Source: a virus
Lineage: Duplodnaviria > Caudoviricetes
Strand: one strand, 5' to 3'
DNA length: 59,651 bases
IMG/VR virus record: IMGVR_UViG_3300042332_000610
Span: 1 to 59,651 of that record
Position 1 is the first letter of the stretch, and every line of letters starts with the position of its first letter. Made by a program: the position numbers and the translations under genes. Below the pieces are notes generated by a model. It was not told the origin of the DNA and ran no database searches. It saw nothing but the letters and a program-made list of their open reading frames with translations. This document shows, one piece after another, positions 41,165 to 50,971 of the stretch.

Positions 41165-41684
41165 ATAATATTTTAGAGTTGTTTGTTGACTCTTGAATAT
41201 ATTTTCTATTGACAAAACTTTTATCCCCTGGTTTTTTAATCTTGTCTTTTACTGAGAATGTATTAAAGACAGTTCCAGGAGAAAAGTAAGAAACAATTCC
41301 TTGACCAATTACCAATGCATAAACCTCTTCATCTATTTCTTTTGAATCATTTGTTAGATTAATAATAAGTGTAGGACACTTAAAATTCATATCATATTCT
41401 TCTCTTGGCATAGATCTTTTTACAAGTGGCATAGTTTTAATTTCAGCCTTTGAACATTGATAGTAAATTCTATCTCCAAGCTCTTGCATATTTTGATCAT
41501 TATTATACAAGTAAGCATTGAATAACTCTTCTGCTGGATATTCTGGAATAAAAAGACTAATGCATATGTCAGCATTTTGTTCGTGAACTGCTAGGTTATG
41601 AGGAGTACTTTGTCTAATATATTTTTTTAAAAAAGTTTTAACTGGTTCTGAATATTCATCACTTTTTATATATATTTTAGCCAT
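41154..41684 (-). CDS. Hypothetical protein, possibly a degenerate Amidase_3-fold protein
   Basis: MAKIYI, NADICISL, CPTLIINL echo amidase strands; TATAAT 6 nt before ATG 41684. Confidence 0.45.
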   Translation of the reverse strand: MAKIYIKSDEYSEPVKTFLKKYIRQSTPHNLAVHEQNADICISLFIPEYPAEELFNAYLYNNDQNMQELGDRIYYQCSKAEIKTMPLVKRSMPREEYDMNFKCPTLIINLTNDSKEIDEEVYALVIGQGIVSYFSPGTVFNTFSVKDKIKKPGDKSFVNRKYIQESTNNSKILFKK

Positions 41685-41691
41685 ACATATA

Positions 41692-42783
41692 TTATAACGC
41701 AAGAATTTCTTTGCAAACTTCTTCCCAGTCATACCCTCTTTGTTTCATTGAAAACTTTTCGGATATAATTTGAAAGTTTTTATCTCTTTCTTCAAGTCTA
41801 ACTTTTGGATCTAATAATTCTTCCATATGTCCTAGCCACTCATCTGGAGTATTTGCAACTCTTCCAACTCCAGAATCAGCAAGTAGTTGATACTCTGGCA
41901 ATGCTTGTGCAATAAAAGGAATTCCAGCAGCCCCATACTCAAGACCTTTTAAATATGACTTTGCGTGATTAAATTCAACATCTCTTAATGGAACAATTCC
42001 AACATCCATTTTTCTATATAATTCTGGAACATTCATCATTGTCTTCATTGGCTCAAACGTACAATATCTTTTATCAATTCCAATTTGCTGTGCTGCAGTC
42101 GGAGCATTAATAATATTTCCTGCGTGATGAAACTTTAAATGTTTTTGTTTTAGGAATTCTCCAAAGAAAGGATTAAGAGTTTCTAGATCTCCAGATCTCC
42201 AAGGAGTTGCCCCTACCCATCCAAATTTTGGAAGAAGACCAGCGTAGTCTTTTCTTTTTATTCCCCATCTTTCAATATCAATACCATTTCTTATTAAGAA
42301 TATTGGCTTGTCTGGATATTTTTTCTGATAGAAATCTTTTAAGAATGGGGTAGATGTTACTAATGCATCTGCTTGTTCAATAATTGCAATATAGTGATCT
42401 CTATTATTATCTGGATTTGAATCTGGATGAGTTGTTTTATATGCAAGATTAGTTTCTTCAAGACCTTCCATATGATCATCAATATCAACAACAATTTTTT
42501 GACCAAGCTCTCTTGCTCTTCTAACATGGTCAACAAATCTTTTAAGCATAATTAATTTTAGAACAACTATGTCCCATCCGTGTATTGCTTTTTCATCTGG
42601 GATTAAAATACCAAAAGCATGTTCTTCGCTAAATCCTGGCAATCCAATTCCACTTTCCCAGCCATGCTCCTTCAATTGCTTCATTGGAAGGTATGCTCTA
42701 TACCAACCACATCCGTTTGGTTGTAGTGGCTTTACGCCAAATGACCAGTCATAGGTTAAAAAAGCAATTGTCGGAGTTGGCAT
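41692..42783 (-). CDS. Glycosyltransferase (GT-B, GT4-like)
   Basis: GCGWYR, VVDIDD, ADALVTST, IRNGID, GWVG, DVGIVPL...FNHAKSYLKGLEYGAAGIPFIA. Confidence 0.88.
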   Translation of the reverse strand: MPTPTIAFLTYDWSFGVKPLQPNGCGWYRAYLPMKQLKEHGWESGIGLPGFSEEHAFGILIPDEKAIHGWDIVVLKLIMLKRFVDHVRRARELGQKIVVDIDDHMEGLEETNLAYKTTHPDSNPDNNRDHYIAIIEQADALVTSTPFLKDFYQKKYPDKPIFLIRNGIDIERWGIKRKDYAGLLPKFGWVGATPWRSGDLETLNPFFGEFLKQKHLKFHHAGNIINAPTAAQQIGIDKRYCTFEPMKTMMNVPELYRKMDVGIVPLRDVEFNHAKSYLKGLEYGAAGIPFIAQALPEYQLLADSGVGRVANTPDEWLGHMEELLDPKVRLEERDKNFQIISEKFSMKQRGYDWEEVCKEILAL

Positions 42784-42789
42784 AGGTTG

Positions 42790-43053
42790 TTACTTCTTTG
42801 TAACTTTTTTAACTGATTTTATAACTTCTGCAGCAACTTCTTCTGAGGTTGAGTTGCCAGAAATTTTTCCAAAAGCAATATCATTCTTATTAAAGAATCT
42901 AATAGCAACTGGTGCAAATGCAGCAACTAGAGCATATAGGTATGTATATGGATCTGTATTACCTGCCATGTATAGTGCAAGTGCTGCACCTAAAAATGAG
43001 CGACCATAAGATTGCAACATTTCTTTTTGTGATTTTGTTAACTTGAGTACCAT
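42790..43053 (-). CDS. Putative holin
   Basis: 87 aa, SYGRSF followed by two hydrophobic segments and a basic C-terminus. Confidence 0.6.
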   Translation of the reverse strand: MVLKLTKSQKEMLQSYGRSFLGAALALYMAGNTDPYTYLYALVAAFAPVAIRFFNKNDIAFGKISGNSTSEEVAAEVIKSVKKVTKK

Positions 43054-43117
43054 TTTATTTCTCCTGTCTATAGTACTTGTTTAAAGTATATCTTAAAGTT
43101 ATAAAATTGTCAAATAT

Positions 43118-43978
43118 TTAAATTCCATAGCTCCATTGAGATCCATTCCAAACTCTTGCTTGAGAGTCTACCCAAGATGTACCATTCCAAACTTTAGGAA
43201 AAGCCACTACCCAGGCAGATCCATTCCATACTTTAAAAATTCCACCAATAGTTTTGGCAGTTAAAGATGCAGCAGTTCCTTCTCCAGCTGAATTAACAGC
43301 AGTAACTGTATAGGAGTAATCTGCATATGGAGATAGCCCAGTATGCGTGTAAGATGTTGCTGCAGTATTTTGAAGCAGTGTTGTACCATTTCTAAGTGCA
43401 TAACTAGTTACAGTAGCCCCACCATTACTAGCTGGTGCTGCCCAAGATAGACCAATTTGTCCAACTGTTGAAGTATTTGCAGCAAATGACTGAGGTGCAG
43501 ATGGAACAGTTACTGTTGGAGGAGTTGGAGGTGGAGGAGTTGGAGGTGGAGGAGTTGGAGGTGGAGGAGTTGGAGGTGGAGGTGGAGGAGGTGGGGGTGG
43601 AGGAGATGGTCTAGTTGGAGTTGGGATTGAAACGCTAACAGATGGAGTTATTCCAAGATAGTGTAAAGAAAGTGATGCTGTAAAAGTAAATGATGCTGGA
43701 TTTGCTCCATAGGTATGTGTATAACTTTTAGTTGCACGTTTAGTTGCAGTTGAGCCCTGAGTATTATTATAGTTTGTAGTTCCAGATATTGATCCGCCAT
43801 AGGTTAACCTTTGATTATTGTTATGTGTATATTGGTTATCGGTCCATACATCAATTGTTGCAGTTGTACTGGTTGAACTAGAATCCACACCTGACCAGGA
43901 TATGTCTAAGCCAACACGCATTCCATTTGCACTAGATCCACTTCCACCATATCTCCAAGAACCCCAGACTATTGCCAT
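43118..43978 (-). CDS. Putative fibre/appendage protein: beta domain, poly-Pro linker, fibronectin type III domain and VWNG repeats
   Basis: VPSAPQS...LSWAAPASNGGATVTSY...LSPYADYSYTVTAVNSAGEG; C-terminal (K/R)VWNGxxW x3. Confidence 0.75.
   Translation of the reverse strand: MAIVWGSWRYGGSGSSANGMRVGLDISWSGVDSSSTSTTATIDVWTDNQYTHNNNQRLTYGGSISGTTNYNNTQGSTATKRATKSYTHTYGANPASFTFTASLSLHYLGITPSVSVSIPTPTRPSPPPPPPPPPPPTPPPPTPPPPTPPPPTPPTVTVPSAPQSFAANTSTVGQIGLSWAAPASNGGATVTSYALRNGTTLLQNTAATSYTHTGLSPYADYSYTVTAVNSAGEGTAASLTAKTIGGIFKVWNGSAWVVAFPKVWNGTSWVDSQARVWNGSQWSYGI
43521..43580. repeat. 15-bp tandem repeat x4 (ggagttggaggtgga) encoding PPPTP
   Basis: Four perfect copies; the same unit occurs about twice at 13362..13390. 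Confidence 0.9.
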
Positions 43979-43986
43979 AATAGGTC

Positions 43987-44532
43987 CTAAAAATCAATCC
44001 AGATATCGCCAATATTTACTGCTGTAGGTTGTGCTGCTTGAACAAAAATATTTCTATTTAAAATAGTTCCTTCATATCTAAGAGTTGGTTTTAAATTAAT
44101 TTGTGTTTGAATTGCAGAAGTCACACCATCAACATAGTTAAGCTCAGCAGTAGATGCAGTAATACCATCAAGAACATTTAATTCTGTTGATGTAGCAGTA
44201 AGAGTGACATCTTCATTAATTTTTGGTGTAGTCAATGTTTTATTAGTAAGAATTTGTTCATTAGTTGTTCCAACAACAGCACCAGTAGCACCATGAGCAG
44301 CAGTTGCAAGAACATGAGTAGAAGTATCAATTGCATTAATTCTATTATCAAAATCTACAAGGTTTGCATAAATGCTATCAGTTCCATCAATTGTATTTCC
44401 ATTTGTAGAATTTCCATAATAAAATAGTTCTAATGCATCTTGAATATTTGCACTCTCTCCTAGAGCTGGAACATATGTATCAAAAGCTGGAGTAAATAAA
44501 AGACCTTTTGTTTCACTAATTGGTTGTGGCAT
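43987..44532 (-). CDS. Putative fibre shaft/connector protein
   Basis: QILTNKTLT, ATSTELNVLDGITASTAELNYVDGVTSAIQTQ, ends PTAVNIGDIWIDF. Confidence 0.6.
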   Translation of the reverse strand: MPQPISETKGLLFTPAFDTYVPALGESANIQDALELFYYGNSTNGNTIDGTDSIYANLVDFDNRINAIDTSTHVLATAAHGATGAVVGTTNEQILTNKTLTTPKINEDVTLTATSTELNVLDGITASTAELNYVDGVTSAIQTQINLKPTLRYEGTILNRNIFVQAAQPTAVNIGDIWIDF

Positions 44533-44533
44533 T

Positions 44534-45133
44534 TTAAGCACCCGCTCCAGCAGTTATATAGAAATTTATGGGAACTGCAGATGCTGATATTAAAGATACA
44601 GATCCTGAAGATAGTTGTGCACTTTTTAATTCTGCAACAAAGGTTTTTACACCTGAAATTGTTTGAATGCTTTTATTTGAAATAGATATAAAAGCTGGAT
44701 TATTTAATTCTGCAGTTGCTTGAACAAGAATTGTATCTGAATCTAAATCTTCTGGAGCATTTGGATAAAATCCAACACTTCCTGTTAATGGAATAAATAC
44801 CGATCCACTTCCAGCTGTAAAATCAACTGGCTTTTTAACACTATGCGATAATGGTTGAAATTTTAATATTCCTTGCCAAGCAGTACCACCAGGAATTGTA
44901 TTTAATTTATAGACCGTTCCATAATTTCCACCGAGTTCATTATTTATATACAAGTCGCTAACTTTTGCATCTACAAGAGTTGCTACATTTGCTGCTGCTG
45001 TAGGAAGACCAAATCCATAATAGAATTGAGATCCTCTTTCTCCTTGTGGACCAACATCAACACTTACAGATACTGAGGCAGGTGGTCCAACTACAACTAA
45101 TTCATCACTAGAAATAATAGTATCTATTGCCAT
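44534..45133 (-). CDS. Putative fibre base protein with short collagen-like GPQGERG motif
   Basis: VSVDVGPQGERGS...DLYIN; same layout as 50498..50971. Confidence 0.55.
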   Translation of the reverse strand: MAIDTIISSDELVVVGPPASVSVSVDVGPQGERGSQFYYGFGLPTAAANVATLVDAKVSDLYINNELGGNYGTVYKLNTIPGGTAWQGILKFQPLSHSVKKPVDFTAGSGSVFIPLTGSVGFYPNAPEDLDSDTILVQATAELNNPAFISISNKSIQTISGVKTFVAELKSAQLSSGSVSLISASAVPINFYITAGAGA

Positions 45134-45134
45134 G

Positions 45135-45500
45135 CTACGTTACCGCCACATCTTGTGTAACACTTATTGTTCCAGTCAAAAGTGTAAATATTTTTCCACT
45201 GGTATTATTTTGAATTTGCAAATCATATAAGTATGATGGATTTATTAACTTCCTACCGCCAGCTGGTTTGATAGTGCAGGAAACATGGTCTCCACCTAGA
45301 ACAGTTGCTGAAGCGTCTGTTGAAGCAGTAATAGAGTTTATAACAGATGCAGATGCACCTCTAGACTCACCAACTACAAATAATGCACTGTAGCTAGAAA
45401 GGTTATCAAACACTTCACCAGTTGAATTTTTGGGGTAAACAAAAAACTCAAAAGTATCACCTGCATAGTAGTTAAAATTATATGTTCCTGGAAATGCCAT
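45135..45500 (-). CDS. Putative BppU-N-like adaptor protein
   Basis: YAGDTF...YLYDLQI...LLTGTISVTQDV; paralog of 50971..51324. Confidence 0.55.
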   Translation of the reverse strand: MAFPGTYNFNYYAGDTFEFFVYPKNSTGEVFDNLSSYSALFVVGESRGASASVINSITASTDASATVLGGDHVSCTIKPAGGRKLINPSYLYDLQIQNNTSGKIFTLLTGTISVTQDVAVT

Positions 45501-45518
45501 TATCAATCACCTTAAATT

Positions 45519-45527
45519 ATTATACCA
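45519..45527 (-). promoter_or_regulatory. Extended -10 promoter TGGTATAAT
   Basis: Intergenic, upstream of an AAGGTG RBS. Confidence 0.5.
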
Positions 45528-45535
45528 GATTTCTT

Positions 45536-45919
45536 TTATATTGAAGAATGTCTTAATTCCCAAACTAGTAAGTTTTCATTCCATACATAATAGTCTCCAT
45601 TAGAAATATCTTCAACTTCTGGCATTGGACTTGGAGGATACCATTGACAAGTATCTTCATTTAATAACCAAGATTCAAATAGTTTTGAAGGAATAAAGGC
45701 ATCTCTTATTTCATCATAATTATATCCTGGACTTGCATAGTTAAAACGAAAGCTTCCATTGTAACTAGTTTGTTTCCAAACTCCATCTAATCCAAGGGAT
45801 GCAATAAATTCTTGACCTACTATTTCGCTATCTGGAAATTCTAAATTACCAAGTGTATTGTTATCTACAACAATTACTTGTTGAACTATATTATCTTCTA
45901 TTCTTGCAAAATGAGCCAT
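45536..45919 (-). CDS. MAHFA-type small protein following a Gly-rich gene (putative fibre chaperone/cap)
   Basis: MAHFA...WKQTSYN...DAFIP...SWLLNEDTCQW; paralog of 54565..54936. Confidence 0.65.
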   Translation of the reverse strand: MAHFARIEDNIVQQVIVVDNNTLGNLEFPDSEIVGQEFIASLGLDGVWKQTSYNGSFRFNYASPGYNYDEIRDAFIPSKLFESWLLNEDTCQWYPPSPMPEVEDISNGDYYVWNENLLVWELRHSSI

Positions 45920-46830
45920 TATGCTAACACCCTTATTCTTGCTATTCCTGAACCGCCAGCACTGCCAGGACGACTATTAGTACCGCCACCACCGCCACCG
46001 CCAGTATTTGCAGTACCAGCAGTTGAAACTACTCCAAACCAATCACTAGATCCACTTCCGCCACCACTTGTGCCTCTGCCATAATCTAAAGAACCTGCAC
46101 CATTTCCACCGCCACCGCCAGCAAGAGAAACTGAACTACCAGTTATAAAAGTAGCAAGTCCAGCACCACCAGCACCAGCACCACCAGCAGCAGCCGCACC
46201 AGCACCACCGCCACCACCGCCTCTATTATATCCGTTTGGATAGTCACCAGTATTACCTTGACCAGATACAGCTTTAATTAAAATCTGTGTTTCGTGGCTA
46301 GATCCACCAGAAGACCCTCCATGATAACCACCCATAGCAGAAAAACCGCCTCCTCCACCGCCAACTGCAACTAAGTATCCAACAGTACCAGGTGCAGAAA
46401 TATATGTATCTCCTCCATAATTAGTATAGCTATTTCCGCCACCACTACCACCACCAATGGTTACAGTGTGCGTACCTGCTGGCAAATAAAAATTAGTTCG
46501 GTAGACGTGCCCACCAGCACCACCACCACCACCTTGAGTAGTGGCTCCACCTCCACCACCAGCAATTAACAATACATCAAGTAGACCACCTTTTGAAAGT
46601 GTAAAAGATCCACTTCCATGCCAGGTATAAACCCTATAGTAAATTCCATTATTTAAAGATGTATCTAAAAATGGTTCTGCTGGTGTAATATTTCCTACAG
46701 TAGCTAAGATATGACTGTTATTTAAAAGTCCACTAAAATTGCGAGATGGATTATTTAAATTTCCATCACCTTGACCAAACCAGCTACTTACTTGGCTTGA
46801 TGAAACTGATCGGTGTAAAGGATTAGCCAT
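45919..46830 (-). CDS. Glycine-rich putative fibre-tip/adhesin protein
   Basis: LLIAGGGGG, GGGGGAGG, ANTGGGGGG, GGSGIARIR. Confidence 0.7.
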   Translation of the reverse strand: MANPLHRSVSSSQVSSWFGQGDGNLNNPSRNFSGLLNNSHILATVGNITPAEPFLDTSLNNGIYYRVYTWHGSGSFTLSKGGLLDVLLIAGGGGGATTQGGGGGAGGHVYRTNFYLPAGTHTVTIGGGSGGGNSYTNYGGDTYISAPGTVGYLVAVGGGGGGFSAMGGYHGGSSGGSSHETQILIKAVSGQGNTGDYPNGYNRGGGGGGAGAAAAGGAGAGGAGLATFITGSSVSLAGGGGGNGAGSLDYGRGTSGGGSGSSDWFGVVSTAGTANTGGGGGGGTNSRPGSAGGSGIARIRVLA

Positions 46831-47192
46831 TACGCAATCCTATTTACATAACCTGAAATCGTAATTACGTTAGTGGTAGCAGCATAGGCAGCAACTGTAT
46901 TGGCAGCACTACCAGTGCCAGTTAAAATTAAACCAGGAACAACTAAAGTTAAACCAGATGTTGCAGGAATAGATAATTTAATATCATTATCAACCGCTGT
47001 TGTTCCACCAAATTGAATTGTTAGTGCTACTGTAACTGATGAAGAATTATATGCATATAACCAAATTTCATCTTCTATTGTTGCTGATGTTCCAGTAGCG
47101 TGAATAGTTGTTCCAGCTGAGGCAGTAGCAGCAACTTTAATTGCTTTACCTTGTGTTGAACCTGAAAGAAGTACTTTAGAATAAGTCGCCAT
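46830..47192 (-). CDS. ~120-aa beta-sandwich adaptor (MATYSK type)
   Basis: Close paralog of 57414..57776 (GTTIH, DEIWLYAYNS, SGYVNRI). Confidence 0.7.
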   Translation of the reverse strand: MATYSKVLLSGSTQGKAIKVAATASAGTTIHATGTSATIEDEIWLYAYNSSSVTVALTIQFGGTTAVDNDIKLSIPATSGLTLVVPGLILTGTGSAANTVAAYAATTNVITISGYVNRIA

Positions 47193-47206
47193 AATTATAT
47201 TATACC

Positions 47207-48997
47207 TTATCCAAAAATCTGCCCTGGCAAAATAAACTGATCAGATTCTCCGTTTATACTATCTAAAGCTGCAGTTGTTGCATACGTTGTAGATGCTGAA
47301 GACTGTGTAAGATACAGGGAAAGATCTAAAGTTCCCCACGAGGCTACTGAACCATCTGTAGTTAGATAATTTCCAGCATTTCCAGCTTGAGATGGTAATG
47401 CATCTATGTTATCTAAGTCTACTTGTGTTGCATATATTGTTGAAGCATTTATTTGGGTTAAATATATAGAAGAAGCAGAAGATTGAGTTAAATAAGGAGT
47501 TAAATCTTGGGCTGCACTTGAAGTTAAAATAATTTCACCATTTGTATCATCATAAGTAGCTGTAATATTTGAATGATTACTATGTGTGAATAATGTAGAT
47601 GCATAGTCTTGTACTTGATCTTCAGTTAACCCGTCAATAATTCCATTTACTTCAATCCAATATGTTCCATCGTAAATAAGAAATGATCCAGTAGATTGCT
47701 TGTACCAAGTATCTCCCAAAACTGGTGCTGCTGGAGCAGTTTCAGAAACAGTAGTTGTAGCACCACCACCACCTTCACCACCCGAAATTAATTGATTTAC
47801 CCAAGCACCTGATGCTGAGTTCCAAACTAAAGATTGTAAATTACTTAATGAATTTATTTCAACATTTGAAAGACTATCTAAAGAATGATTATGAGAAGAT
47901 TCTGAAAGACCTGCTTCTGCTGCCGTTTGATTAATCCATAAATTAGTTGATAAATCATATGCTAATAGTTCATTATTTTGAACAGATGCAGAAATTAAAA
48001 TGTCGTGAATATCTTCTAAATGACCCCCACTTGATGGTCTTACAAATAAAATACCAGTTGTCTGATGACGAATTATAATAATTGCAACTACAATAGCATG
48101 TGTTGGTTTTATGTTTGTTAATTTTCCTGGAACAGTTGGATGAACGTATAAGATATCTCCAGCAGCCCAGGTTTCATCTCCAACGCTTATTGCAGTTGAA
48201 GAAGTTCCTCTTGTATCTAAATTTGATACATATCCAAAGTGTTGAACAAATCCATTAACTCCATTATTAATACTTTCTGTTGCAAGACCCATAAATCTTA
48301 CTTCTCTTACAGATCCATCTGCTACATATGGAGTTACTTGTATTCTTCCACTTGATTCAACTCCAGATGCATACAGGGCAGTTCCTTTTGATATTGTAGA
48401 ACCAGTTGAATTTCTTACTCTGTATACTGACTCTTCTCCAAGGTGTATATGTTTTGTGGATGATAGTCCAAGATTTAATGTACCTTCAACACTGTCCCAT
48501 CCAAGTAATCCAGTTACTGGAGTAATATTTGCAGTTGTATCAAATTGAATAAAATCTGGGGATGAAATAGAATCAATAGATACTAAAGATCCACTAGTAC
48601 TTAAATTAATAACATTATTTATATCGTCATAAACTGCTGTAATATTTGTAGTACTAGCACTTGTAAATAAAGGGGCAACATAATCTTGAACTTGTTCTTG
48701 TGAAAGACCTTCAATTACTCCATTTACTTCTACCCAATAAGTTCCATCATAAATATAAAATTCACCAGTATCATTTTTATACCAAGAATCCCCGATTTCT
48801 GAAGATTCTGGTTCTGTTGTACTAACAGTGGTAGTACCACCACCGCCACCACCTGCACCAAGGACTGACCAAGCTCCTGCTTGGTAAATCTTTGCAACGG
48901 ATGCTGAAGTATTAAAGTATAGTTCTCCCTCGGATCCAACTGTAGGATCTGAAGGTAGATTAACTATCTTTAAAGTACTTAAAAATTTCTTTGCCAT
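47207..48997 (-). CDS. Putative fibre protein with duplicated GDxWY...YDGTYW module
   Basis: Two internal copies of TTTVS..P...GDxWYK..TG.F.IYDGTYW.EVNG.I.GL...QVQDY; YLTQxSAS repeats. Confidence 0.7.
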   Translation of the reverse strand: MAKKFLSTLKIVNLPSDPTVGSEGELYFNTSASVAKIYQAGAWSVLGAGGGGGGTTTVSTTEPESSEIGDSWYKNDTGEFYIYDGTYWVEVNGVIEGLSQEQVQDYVAPLFTSASTTNITAVYDDINNVINLSTSGSLVSIDSISSPDFIQFDTTANITPVTGLLGWDSVEGTLNLGLSSTKHIHLGEESVYRVRNSTGSTISKGTALYASGVESSGRIQVTPYVADGSVREVRFMGLATESINNGVNGFVQHFGYVSNLDTRGTSSTAISVGDETWAAGDILYVHPTVPGKLTNIKPTHAIVVAIIIIRHQTTGILFVRPSSGGHLEDIHDILISASVQNNELLAYDLSTNLWINQTAAEAGLSESSHNHSLDSLSNVEINSLSNLQSLVWNSASGAWVNQLISGGEGGGGATTTVSETAPAAPVLGDTWYKQSTGSFLIYDGTYWIEVNGIIDGLTEDQVQDYASTLFTHSNHSNITATYDDTNGEIILTSSAAQDLTPYLTQSSASSIYLTQINASTIYATQVDLDNIDALPSQAGNAGNYLTTDGSVASWGTLDLSLYLTQSSASTTYATTAALDSINGESDQFILPGQIFG

Positions 48998-49016
48998 TTT
49001 TTCCTTCTAAAAATGA

Positions 49017-49040
49017 GGGGCTGGGGTTTATTCCAGCCCC
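49017..49040 (-). terminator. Hairpin/terminator after 49058..50479
   Basis: 8-bp stem ggggctgg/ccagcccc followed by TCATTTTT on the minus strand. Confidence 0.65.
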
Positions 49041-49057
49041 CCACATTATATTATACT

Positions 49058-50479
49058 TTAGCCAATTACTACAACACGATAAGTGTCAGCAGAAATTGTT
49101 GAAGCACTATTGATTTTAATTGTTACAGCAGATGTTGATGTATGTTGTACATCTACTTCTACCTGCGAATAATCAGCAGCAACTTCATATACTTGAACTG
49201 TCACATCCTTGGTTGCAAGGTTATGTGTAACTGTCCAAGTGCATACTCCACCAGTTGATGTTAATGAGGTATTTCCAGTTGCATACTTTCTTGGGAACCC
49301 ATCAGCTACAAGTGCTGTTTCTAAATTAGCCTTGTCTACTGCTAGACCTCCTACCTTTGTAAGGTAAGATGCAGAAGCGGCAAGAGTTGCATCAATTGAT
49401 CCTGAGATAATTGAAATTGAATCGCTACCAGTTAGGTAATCATCAATTTCAGCATCTACTGCAGTATCAAAATCAGTAACATCACTTGCAACGTGTGTAT
49501 GACCTTGTAAAGAAATAGTTGTTACACTACCCGATAGACCAGCCTTCCAAACGTCAGCACTTTCATCCCAAATAAGTTCTGCATTGGTTGAATCTCCACG
49601 CTCAATCTCAATACCAGCATTTACTGCAGGTGTTCCAGTAACATTACTATTAAGGGTAACTAAGTTATCCTCAACTAGCAAAGTTTCTGTATTTAGCGTT
49701 GTTACACTACCACTTACAGTTAGATTTCCACCTACTATAAGATTTCCATCAATAGTTACATCATCTGGAAGACCAATCGTAACTGCTCCAGCAGATGCTG
49801 AAACTGTTATCTGATTAGGTGTTTCTAAAAGAGATGTAACACCAGTATTTTGAATTGTAAGAGTTGAACCTTCACCACCTGAACCAGTTACACTGATACC
49901 TGCACCAGATGCACTTGCACCTGCTACATAGTCACCAGTTGTATCTGTACCAAGAGCGACTGAATCTGCTACAATATCTGCTGTAATAGTCACGTCAGAA
50001 GTTCCGTCAAAGCTTACGCTTCCACTTAGGCTTCCTCCTAGACTGATTGTTCTAGTAGTTTCAAGAGATGTTGCAGTATCTGCATTACCAGTTAAATCAC
50101 CAGTTACATTAACGTGAATGTTATCTGGAAGGCTTAATGTAACAGATCCTGAAGAAGCACTTGCAATAACTTCATTAGCTGTTCCAGCAAGACTTACAAC
50201 ACCTGTGTTAGAAACAGTTAAGCTATTAGCACCATCGTTATATGTTAAATCAACACCATAACCTGCATCAAGTAAGTCATTTACTGCATCACCAATGAAT
50301 TCGGTAGACCCAACGGCTTCCCATGCTGATCCAGTATATACTTTTAGTGTGTTGTCAACAGTGTTAAAATAAACCTGACCAGCAACTCCAGTACCTGGAT
50401 CTGTAGCCAAATTATGAATAACACCATTACGCAATTCATTACTATTTAAATCAATATTTGTTAAAAATTTTCTAGACAT
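49058..50479 (-). CDS. Putative major fibre/shaft protein
   Basis: LTGNADTATSLETTRTISLGG, GNLTVSGSVTT, AGIEIERG, C-terminal HNLATKDVTVQVY domain; strong AGGAGGTG RBS and own terminator. Confidence 0.7.
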   Translation of the reverse strand: MSRKFLTNIDLNSNELRNGVIHNLATDPGTGVAGQVYFNTVDNTLKVYTGSAWEAVGSTEFIGDAVNDLLDAGYGVDLTYNDGANSLTVSNTGVVSLAGTANEVIASASSGSVTLSLPDNIHVNVTGDLTGNADTATSLETTRTISLGGSLSGSVSFDGTSDVTITADIVADSVALGTDTTGDYVAGASASGAGISVTGSGGEGSTLTIQNTGVTSLLETPNQITVSASAGAVTIGLPDDVTIDGNLIVGGNLTVSGSVTTLNTETLLVEDNLVTLNSNVTGTPAVNAGIEIERGDSTNAELIWDESADVWKAGLSGSVTTISLQGHTHVASDVTDFDTAVDAEIDDYLTGSDSISIISGSIDATLAASASYLTKVGGLAVDKANLETALVADGFPRKYATGNTSLTSTGGVCTWTVTHNLATKDVTVQVYEVAADYSQVEVDVQHTSTSAVTIKINSASTISADTYRVVVIG

Positions 50480-50497
50480 ATATATTCACCTCCTTCA

Positions 50498-50971
50498 TTA
50501 CGATAAATACGCCCTTCCCGAAAATGCTCCGACAAAGGTTAGAACTACAGTATTTGAATTTGGATAGTTATATGACCCCTCAACAACTGTTCCTGCTGTA
50601 TCAACTACTGTAATATTGGGAGTAAATCCCAATCCGTGTGTTATGCTCCAGCTTGCAGAAGCAACTTCTTGAATATGAACATACCCAAGCTCTTGACTTC
50701 CTACTAAATCTGTTGGAGTTCCCCATCCAGATTCTGTTTTTGGACCATACAAATTCATATTTATTGTATTTAAGAAAAAATCTCCATTTATTCCAAGGGA
50801 TGAAGATGGTGCACCAACACCATTAAGAAGTCCAGTTCCTCTAGGTCCTTGTGGACCAGAAGTTCCTAGATCTACATTAACTATTTGTTCTGTTAAATTA
50901 ACATCTACATTTGTTTCATTTATAGAAACATTATTATTTATTTGACTAAGTTCTACTTTTACTTCAGGCAT
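50498..50971 (-). CDS. Putative fibre base protein with GPQGPRG motif and C-terminal HxLG domain
   Basis: GPQGPRGT...GAPSSSLGINGDFFLN...LYGPK; WSITHGLG...SGRAYLS. Confidence 0.65.
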   Translation of the reverse strand: MPEVKVELSQINNNVSINETNVDVNLTEQIVNVDLGTSGPQGPRGTGLLNGVGAPSSSLGINGDFFLNTINMNLYGPKTESGWGTPTDLVGSQELGYVHIQEVASASWSITHGLGFTPNITVVDTAGTVVEGSYNYPNSNTVVLTFVGAFSGRAYLS

